Source: Macrostomum lignano (lineage: Eukaryota). From it: a stretch of 64,000 bases of DNA. The translations under genes were made by a program, and so were the position numbers. The notes under the pieces were generated by a model. That model worked only from the letters and a program-made list of their open reading frames with translations, searched no databases and was not told the DNA's origin. Positions 54,561 through 64,000 of the stretch are shown here, one piece after another. Every line of letters begins with the position of its first letter. The stretch's first letter is position 1. The stretch covers positions 1,623 to 65,622 of the forward strand of contig NIVC01003501.1 in NCBI GenBank assembly GCA_002269645.1, written 5' to 3'.

Positions 54561-56020
54561 TGCGAATCATTTGCACCGGCTATTGATTGCTTTCTGAAAA
54601 CCCTATCGTGTCGTACCTATAAATTTACATGTACATGTAGTTGCAAACTTTTTCAATGCATTCGATTCATTGCTGCAGAACTTAACAACCCAGCTCAATG
54701 CGCTCAAGCTTTGCTGAATTTTACATTGCACTGCAATTTTTAAATTCTCTGCTATCGACTACTTGCACACTCGAATTCGTAATTATTGAATTTATTCTCC
54801 CTGATCATATACTCGCTTGCTTTAATGTAAAGCGTTCTGAACTTTATTCTCTGTTTCATGTGAATTTTTATTCCCCTGGGGAAGGGTGTAGGCCGCACGC
54901 TACACTCAAGGACTTCTAGACTAGAAGTCCTTGGCTACACTCTCTGCCTCACACTATTCATGACTCCCCTCTCGCTTAAACTTGTTTACCGATTCTCGAC
55001 CAATCACGCATCGCTTCACCTCCACCCCCGATATTGACTAATAAAAATTAAGCAAACAAAGCCACACAGAGGCCACCCTTTTCGGCACGCAAACTTGCTT
55101 AAGACTTAATAGTTTATTCACGGCACGTCGAAAATTTCTTATCTACTTTTACTGCTTTTTAAAAGAGCAGTACGTACCGTGAAAGGTCTTGTTTATAACA
55201 AAGCTGAAAACTTATACTGGCTTTTCACGATTAAAATAGTTCTATATTTCATCATCTACAACTTATTGCTTTAAATTATTAAAAGCTAAAGCTGTACAAT
55301 AGTAAAATTAATACAATCAAAAGTTTTTTCTTCAGAATTTGACGTCGCACACGAAATAATAATATATAATGCAGGTACGGTGAAATAGTGATATCAAATG
55401 TGACTGCATTTTCTGATAAAGTACGTCGTACTGCTTCTCAGTTTTTACTTCGAGAAAAAATAAAGTACCCTTTTATCTTACAGAGTTTGCGCTTTCCGGA
55501 CGGCTTTTTATTTCATAGTGTCATAACTTACTAGACACTCACTCAAGTCAAGATGTTATAGAAGTTTTCTCTTATTACTTTTTTTCCCATAGAATAAAGC
55601 TTGCACGTGCTTTTGTGACAGTATTCTTTTATGGCTTTTAAAATTTAAGAAATTTTTAAAAGTAACACATATCCGAAAAAATACTAAAAAATTAATATTT
55701 ATTCGGTTATTAAATTAAAATAAAAAATTGAAATTAAATTAGCAGCTCTGGAATAAAAAATTAATAGAAGTCGGTCTTTGTCTCTGTGTACTATTTGTAA
55801 TTATCTAAGTGGCCAAACTCATTTTAAATGCAATAATTTTTTTATCTTTTTAATTCATATAATCATTTTAAAATGGAATTTACAAGCTTGCTAGTAGCCA
55901 ACATAAAAAAAATAATAGAAAATAGTAATTAATAATTATGTTTTTATTTCATGCAAGTGGTATCCAACTAATATCTTTATTTCAGCATCTGACGCGATCC
56001 ACACTTTACATTAATTAGCC

Positions 56021-56275
56021 ATGAGCAGTGAACCAGAGAAACTAAAGCCAGTTCTTCCCCAACATGGCATGCTATTCCAAGAGCATGTTCCAGGGCCTGT
56101 GCTCTGTAAGCCGCGGCTGCTGCCATTGAAGTCATTTACATTGGAGCGTCTGGAGACTCTGCAGCGGGACGCAGAGGATGCAGTAAAGAAGGCGGACACT
56201 GAGGCCCGCATGCAGGCTGGGGCTGTGCTGTACCAGGCTGAGGAGGATGCTGGCGCTATGCTGGAAGCCAGTTGA
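56021..56275 (+). CDS. BBIP1: BBSome-interacting protein 1 (BBIP10/BBS18), 84 aa
   Basis: VLPQHGMLFQE..PVLCKPRLLPLKSFTLERLE matches the BBIP1 signature VLPKQG.LF.E...VLCKPKLLPLKS.TLEKLE. Confidence 0.93.
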   Translation: MSSEPEKLKPVLPQHGMLFQEHVPGPVLCKPRLLPLKSFTLERLETLQRDAEDAVKKADTEARMQAGAVLYQAEEDAGAMLEAS

Positions 56276-56436
56276 TCTCCTGCTGACAAAATATTGTTTA
56301 AAAGCAATATTTTTCCATGGCTTTTTCAAATTTTATTCGTCTTTAAAATACAAGCGGTCTCAACTCTGTATCTAAATGTACAATTTTGCCCAAGGCTAAA
56401 GATCTACTTAATTTCTCTTTAATGATAACCTGCATT

Positions 56437-56626
56437 CAGTGGCGTAGCCAGGATTTCCTTCTGGGGGGGGGGGGGGGGTCACAGTCAGTCACAGGCTCAC
56501 AGTGGCAACCGGGGGCAGCTAGGGGTGCTAGGCCTCTGCGACGGGGGAGGGGGCCTGAAAATTTGGCCTGGATCAGCCGGCTGGGGGGGTTCATGACCCC
56601 CATGACCCCCTGTGGCTACGCCCCTG
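56437..56626. mobile_element. hAT-type MITE (190 bp)
   Basis: TIR CAGTGGCGTAGCCA / TGGCTACGCCCCTG; 8-bp TSD CCTGCATT at 56429-56436 and 56627-56634. Confidence 0.92.
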
Positions 56627-57526
56627 CCTGCATTCCATTGTAGAAAGCTTATTAATTTGATTAATAAACTTGAGCACAGACTATGTGTTAAGCTGTCTCA
56701 TATACCTAATGCAGGTGTTTAAATAATGTTTGAAAACTTATCTAACGAATTCAGTACTGTTTGCTGTAAATTTTTAAATTGTATGCCGACTTCAAAACAT
56801 GTTCTCTTTAAAGTAATTTTCTATTGTTTATTCATTCAACCCATGCTTTCGTAATTATTCCATTGTAATAACTTTGTATTATCGTCGTGACCTGCTGTTT
56901 GTGCCTGTATTAATTATAATTGAGCCCAATCTGCTGGGTCAGACGCCACCCCGCTTTTTGTTTGTTTATTTATCGTAAAAATACTGAAAGTGAAATGACG
57001 CTCACAAGAAGTTGTTGACCGAATTTGTCTATGGCAAAACCCTTTCAGTGCTATGCGTTCTCTACATACTCGTACGTTCCTGACGGGCCTCCATGCAGGA
57101 AATTTCTAAGAATATCCAGTTTAGCGTCATTCTTTGTCAGTTGTCCATGAACTTATCGTACTGTGATGGTCTTAGCTCCAGTGGAAATGCAAGGTTTTGC
57201 ACGAAAAATACACTGAACACATTAGCACACAGCCCTTGGATGGGCACCGCCTGCTATATTTCTATTGTCTACTACTGAAAGTAGCTGCCGTAAGATTTTA
57301 ACTGCTAAATTCTATCTCAATTTCCGGTAAATAGGATAGGATCTCATTAATATTAATAATAAGTAGATTGCTACTATAAAAACGAAGCTTCTAGCAGGAA
57401 GAGAAGTAAATGCAAATAACAAACACAAAAGTTTTTGTTTTAATCAGTGCCTCCGATCAAACGCCAAACAAGTCTTGATCGCGTTTGTTTATTTAGCACT
57501 GGACAGTTCGGGTTAATCGAACTATT

Positions 57527-57814
57527 TTACAGCTTGATGCAGCTGATGATCTGGATGGCGCTGCCGCCGCACTTGCTGGCCAGGCAGGTGGCCAGCTTGG
57601 TGATGTTGGTGCCGCCGGAGAAGAAGCAGGTGATCAGGTTGGAGATCAGGCAGGTCGCGGAGCTGATGCCGTTCTGCTTCAGGCAGTTGGTGTCGATGCT
57701 CAGCACGGGCACGACCTCGTGAATGATGTCGTTAATGACCTCATTCTTCTGCTCAGGGGTGTAGGAGGCGGCGGCGAAGGCCACGAGAGCGAACAGGCAG
57801 GCGAGCTTGTACAT
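57527..57814 (-). CDS. small secreted six-cysteine protein, 95 aa, intronless
   Basis: Signal peptide MYKLACLFALVAFAAA; strong GC3 bias; TATAAATA at ~57903-57910 and AATAAA at 57488-57493 on the minus strand. Confidence 0.85.
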   Translation of the reverse strand: MYKLACLFALVAFAAASYTPEQKNEVINDIIHEVVPVLSIDTNCLKQNGISSATCLISNLITCFFSGGTNITKLATCLASKCGGSAIQIISCIKL

Positions 57815-57902
57815 GGCTGTGCTGTTGTGTGCTTTGGCGCTGATGTGGAAGGCTTGTTCTAGTTAGCTGATGAATATGGTTTTGACTCCGCCAGCCGTGC
57901 CT

Positions 57903-57910
57903 TTATTTAT
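57903..57910 (-). promoter_or_regulatory. TATA box of the secreted six-Cys protein gene
   Basis: TATAAATA about 90 nt upstream of the ATG. Confidence 0.55.
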
Positions 57911-58380
57911 AATACCGCTGTGCCGCTGCAGGTGACGCTGTCTCGGACACTCCTGCTTCGCCCACGGCCCTGTCAAACTTGTCAATTAATTAGTTGTCCG
58001 AGGTCACCTGGCTGCGTACTCTGGCATGCAGTGCAGATTTTCCTTAGTTTTTAGGCTACTAAATTGTGTAGAGTTCATAACAGTTCGTGGGACACTGGCA
58101 TGTGCGAGGCGTCAAAGAGGTTTAGTTGTCAGCGCGGGTGTGACTTGTCAACTTGATTTTCTGATATTTTTGGATTCTAGCATGGAAAATTTGTCACCTA
58201 CTACAAAGTCAAAAACTTGTTTGACAAGTCATTTTCTGTTCGTGACCTTCTCTTCTCAGTTGGTAAACTCTATGATTTTCTGAATATTTCAATTTAGCTA
58301 GGCTCGTAATATGGAAGAAACTGCATGCATGAATGCGGACCAGGATCGTACATTTATGTATTGGCGCAAGTTTAAGTAAT

Positions 58381-58678
58381 AATTTATTACACCTGCCTTA
58401 ATGGGAAGATGTGCAACCGACAGCTCAGCCGCAGCTATTGCGTGGCGCATCTGAAGGCTGCGTACGGCTGTTCAGTCCAAGGACTGGGGGGTCGCCACAC
58501 ACAGCCTCAATTACCACAGCTAATGCTGGCACCAATTTTACAGCTGGGTGAACTGAAGCAATGCAGAGTCAAGTGTCTTGCTCAAGGACACAAACTGCAC
58601 GTTCCGATTGGGTCGAGAATCGAACCCCCGACCTTTCAGTCGTGAGTCCGACGCTCTATTAACTACTACCGCTACACC
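58381..58678 (-). mobile_element. SINE family B, copy 5
   Basis: Reverse complement of copy 2, including the B box. Confidence 0.9.
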
Positions 58679-59071
58679 TCTTTAATGGTTAAGGATATAG
58701 GTATTATGGCTCGTACTGGAGCCTCGTAATGAAAAGTTGTAGTCTTTACGTATAAATCTTAGTCACAACAAGGACCACTTAGAAACTTAATTACGTACTT
58801 CTTAAAATGAATTGTCCTTATGAGTTGAGCCCCTGCTGACTAAGCTCTAGTCATATTTTTGGAAGTTCCTTGTTAAGCGTGTAGGCAATGTATCCTGAAT
58901 AGGAGTATAGGATATAGATGATATAGAAATATAGTGTAGATATAGTTTAACGTCGGCACCTGATGTACAAAAACTACACCAATTTGTGTACAAGTCTGCA
59001 TATCACATCAATTTTGTCTTTCGTCTGATGGCGGTATGAACGAGCCTAAAGTTATTAATTGACAAGCGTCA

Positions 59072-62050
59072 TCAGTCCTCAGCTTCCCCAGCATCCGCTG
59101 TTTCCTCCGCTTCTTCCGCCGCCTGAGGCTTCGTATCCGCCTCGGAAATTTCATCTTCACAGACAGTCCGCCTTCGCTGCAGCATCCGCCGCTTCCGCTG
59201 CAGCTGGCGGGTCAGCTCGTCTCCCGCTGCTTGCGGCTGGCTGGCCTTCCGCTGCCTCTTCACTGAGCCGGAGTTTGGCGGAGTCGAACCCAGCTGCGGC
59301 TGCGCCAGAGCAAAGCAGGCCAGCGCATTCTCTTCGTCATCCTCATCTTCGCAGCCGTAGCGCCGTCTCAGGTAGACTTCCCACAGACGGGCGACAATCT
59401 CCGTGCAGATAACGTCGCCGGAGTTGAGTGCAATCATCTTCAGCAGAAAGGTGCCGTCGTGCCGGAGAAAGTCTCTGATGAAGCGGCTGATGTCGCGCTT
59501 GTCAACTGCGGGCGATCGGTCGGCCAGTTTAAGGTAGCTGCGCACGAACTGGGATCGCTTGCGGAACAGCAGGATGCGGGCGACCCAAACTGGCAGGCTT
59601 AGCGCAGTTAGCGAGGCCGTAGTGATCACCCAGAACCACAGGAAGATGTAGATCTTCTCGTTGATCATGTTGATGGGCAGGGTGCACTGGGAGTAGACGT
59701 AGTTGCCGCCAGCCGGTGCTCTGTAGAACACCGCGCACACGCCGACGCGAGGGAAAATCATCGTCTGAGTCCAGTCACGGCCGTGGCGCAGGTTCTGCAG
59801 TACAGCGGCGCCGAATGCGAAATAGCTGGCGTTGAAACCCAGGAAAGAGTGCATCAAGTAGAGCTGGCCCACCGCGTTTCCAATGTAGCACATTTTGATG
59901 ATAAAGTAAGTGAAAATCAACCAGTTACCAAGCCGTTGCGATGGCAACAGTCGGCGGAAACTGCCACGTAAGCGCTCTGTGGTTGTCAATTTCTGAAAGG
60001 AATATAGGGTAAGAGAAGACCTGGACAACATCTTGAAATATCCTAAAAAAGCTCCCTGAAGGAAATATAAGGGGATAGGAAGGTACCTCGGGTGCCTTTC
60101 ATACTGAGAAATTTCACGCTTAAATTTGTTGCGCGTTCGCGTACATTCGTGTATTTTTTTTTTTTAGAGGCAGGGGGGTTGTGTGCACCCTGGCGCATTT
60201 TAAGCGACATAGGCACACAACCGGCGAGAGGCATTACTGCCCATTCCGCCGACTCCCCTGAGCAGGCACACAAGCGCGCGATACGTACGCAGGCACACAC
60301 TCACACAGGAGTGTACAGCGGCCCTAACTTTTTTTTTATATTATCATTAGGCATGTACACTTCACTGCGCCTTGGGGGGTTGGCTGTCAAGGCCGTTAAT
60401 TGCACGAGCAGAGCCAAGCCGAGATTCCAATTCAGCCCCAAATTAATGTGGCTGCACTTGGAATCGAGCCTGGGTCGCTGGCACACCAGAGCAGCTGCGC
60501 TACCGCTGGGCTACAGCCCCCCCGTACATTCGTGTAGTGGGTGAAGACATTCGTGTAGTGGGTGAAGACATTCGTGTAGTGGGTGAAGACATTCGTGTAG
60601 TGGGTGAAGACATTCGTGTAGTGGGTGAAGACATTCATGTAGTGGGTGAAGACATTCGTGTAGTGGGTGAAGACATTCGTGTAGTGGGTGAAGACATTCG
60701 TGTAGTGGGTGAAGACATTCGTGTAGTGGGTGAAGACATTCGTGTAGTGGGTGAAGACATTCGTGTAGTGGGTGAAGACATTCGTGTAGTGGGTGAAGAC
60801 ATTCATGTAGTGGGTGAAGACATTCGTGTAGTGGGTGAAGACATTCGTGTAGTGGGTGAAGACATTCGTGTAGTGGGTGAAGTGTAATTTCAGGCGAAGC
60901 ACTCTTTCTATTTGCTTTGTGTAGCTTAACTTTCTATCCAAGGATGATTGATTTTTTATCTTCGGTAAGTCAAACTAGGCAATTAAAAAGTCGCAAAATA
61001 TTAATTTATATTTGATCTATCATTTATTATCCATGATAACAAAAGATTGCCTCACCCCATGTGGTCCACTACTGCAACGGTGCTTCTTGTTGTGCTGAAA
61101 AAGCAACTGCTCCAGCCTTCTACAGACGTGCTGCACCAGCTTTGCATGCTTCTCGCCATCGGCAGTCACAGCGTCGTTAGCCGTCCGAATAATGTGACCG
61201 ATGTCCGTGCCCGCCCTGTTGTAGCTCATCATGCCCCAGAGTACTCTGGGCAGGTAGAACATCAGCGACTGCAGGCCCAGCACGAATGGCACCCACTGGT
61301 AGTAGACAATGCGGCGGTCTCTGTACACCCCGATCGGGTCCGGCTGGCTGTTGTCGATATGAAACTCGGCGATGGGGACGGCGAACGTTCCTTGGGTAGC
61401 GGCGGGTGAACAAGAAGGGGGGGGCATCAGCGACTGTGGCTTACGCAAAAAAAGTTTATCAATATACTCGTATTTTGCGTGTACATGTACCTATTTTAAG
61501 TCAAACGATGCCCAATAGGTCCAATTTTGGTGATTTTAGTTCGGCTGATGATAATTGACGTTTTGTGTACCATTACCAATGTAACATGGGCAAAATTGGC
61601 GTATCTTTTAAGGAATATGTTGTAGATCAGGTTCCCTAATATGTAGCTAATGTATTGCAATAAAAATTTGGACGTGTCCAGTATGTTTTTTAGGTCACGT
61701 GGACATCCCTGCGACCTAGAAAAATACAAGCAATTGCTTCCGCACTGTCAGCGGTCGCTGCTCAGACAGTTTCAAAAACAAACAAATGCCAGACGTTCCC
61801 AAATCAACTCACCTTCCGTCCAGCAATAATTGTTAACGTACTGTTCTTGACCGCTGTGGGCTCCAACCTCGTTCGGTATGTAGCAGGCTACAGGCGACAG
61901 CACGTAGGTCTTTAGTGTCACCGTGGTGCAGCAGACCAGCAGCAGAATGACGGTCACTTCAAAGTTGAGCCGATCGGAGAAGTCTTCCACCCCGGCGTAG
62001 GTGACCTGCTGCAGTTTGTTGAACTTGTCGAATATCTCGGCTGCAGCCAT
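59072..62050 (-). CDS. innexin (gap junction protein), ~497 aa, 3 exons
   Basis: Exons 61813-62050, 61056-61390, 59072-59992. Motifs EDFSDRLN, C..P, NNYCW, YYQWVPFVLGLQ, FPRV..C, CTLPINMINEKIYIFLWFW, FLRHDG.FLL. Confidence 0.96.
60154..60523 (-). mobile_element. SINE family A, copy 3 (full length, tRNA-Ala-like head), in innexin intron 2
   Basis: Head GGGGGGCTGTAGCCCAGCGGTAG..GGCTCGATTCC, poly-A tail, 13-bp TSD GTACATTCGTGTA at 60141-60153 and 60524-60536. Confidence 0.93.
60526..60882. repeat. 21 bp minisatellite (ACATTCGTGTAGTGGGTGAAG)
   Basis: About 17 near-perfect copies. Confidence 0.97.
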
Positions 62051-63159
62051 GCTGCACGAACTCCGAGCATGCGTCTGGGGAAAATGCTCTCCTCTCTGTC
62101 TGTGTGCGCCTTCCTCTTTCCTTTCGCCTTGAACCCAGCTTATAGCTAGTATTGATACAACGGCTTGGGAAGTCCACCCGAAGCAATTCCTTTCCTTCCC
62201 CAGAAACTCCCGTCGCGTTTTGCTCGTTTGCTGCTCCGTGCAACGGTCGCTGGCGTGGGGAAGAGATCAGGCGCAGAGATACACGCCCTTCCCAGCTGAT
62301 GATCCCATTCTGGGACTATTTCTGGACGTACTTGCTTACCCCCCGCATGTTTGTCAGCGAGTTCGCACTGCGGTGGCCCAGCGTACATCGATTGACGCTC
62401 GCCGGTTCTGAGAGAGATTGGATGGAGTTGATGGAGACAAAGGCCGGAGGACGCGGTTCTCAGACCTTACCAATGGTCATTCTGCCATAGACGCCAAACG
62501 AACAGACATACTCGCTCGTAGATCAGCAGATATTGGCAGAAAAAAAGAATTTAAGACGGCCCTATTGTGTTCGGGTGCATGTAAAATTCATTCGGTGGTA
62601 AAGTTAGTAAAGTTAGTAAAGCTGGCTGCACCCAATTATGTGGACATTTTCATTCCTAGCAAATTGTTCAATTTATGTCTGGGAGCGACCTTTAGGAAAA
62701 ATATCGATAGCAGCAGTAAAGAGTAAACTACCAACCAACCAACTAATACAATACCGCTTTGAACTGGATATGAGCCAGCATGGACACAGAATGGATTAAC
62801 CATTTTACACTCTCTTCTTTGCCAGGCAAACAAATTCTTTTCATTGACAGGGACCATGGGAGAGACAAAGTAAACATGCATTCACATAGATACTCGTCAC
62901 CCAATGAAGGTATCCCATGCTACAAGAGGATTATAGCAGAAAGTTCATTCGGTTGGAAATAAATTATGTGACATGCTTTTAATAAATGTTAAATATCGGC
63001 ATTAAAAGTACACAAACACAAATGTATTTACATACATTCCTCTTTTGCTTAGCTTTGTCTTTGTCGTACAAGCTGTACTTTTTTTTCTACTACGTGATAG
63101 CAAGCATGCCCAGTGGCTTTTTGGAACGTTTTAAAAGCATTTGGGAATTGAGTAAGACA

Positions 63160-63951
<792 letters not shown>

Positions 63952-64000
63952 TTACATGCAAATTATCACATCTCAGGCCCCTGATAAAGTCACGACAAGA

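Larger units (their letters stand above)
47136..55111 (+). mobile_element. Ty3/gypsy (Mag-like) LTR element with gag and protease only, interrupted by a LINE
   Basis: LTRs 47136-47325 and 54887-55111 (TGT start, ~94% similar by eye); putative PBS TGGCATCGC at 47327; PPT GGGGAAGGG before the 3' LTR; gag (WEEWSGRFKRF, Q.TGESLDAW..RL, zinc knuckles) and protease LLIDSGAGCNLM; no RT/RH/IN; no matching TSD found. Confidence 0.88.

Overview
Eukaryotic (metazoan) genomic DNA: GC-rich exons in AT-rich introns packed with mini- and microsatellites. The gene set (LRRC23, BBIP1, flatworm-type innexin) and repeat style suggest a ciliated free-living flatworm such as Macrostomum (inference, not shown directly). 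Spliced genes reconstructed by hand: LRRC23 (+, 7 exons; five of six introns carry a minisatellite), a DDAH-like protein lacking catalytic His/Cys (-), a divergent Rab-like GTPase with Q61->V (-), an ankyrin-repeat protein (+), an unknown protein with a SUMO-like domain (+), and an innexin (-). Intronless genes: BBIP1, a 95-aa secreted six-Cys protein, and a secreted Cys-rich/LamG-like gene split by a 1-nt frameshift. Mobile DNA: two tRNA-derived SINE families (one with a MIR-like CORE), two hAT MITEs with 8-bp TSDs, and a gag-protease-only Ty3/gypsy element interrupted by a full-length 5.85-kb LOA/Lian-like LINE with RNase H and a 13-bp TSD. Best hidden signal: the first ~300 nt of that LINE fold into a complete HDV-like (nested double pseudoknot) ribozyme whose predicted cleavage site is exactly the element's first nucleotide. 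Most long ORFs in the supplied track are repeat artefacts. All alignments were done by eye; no searches were run.
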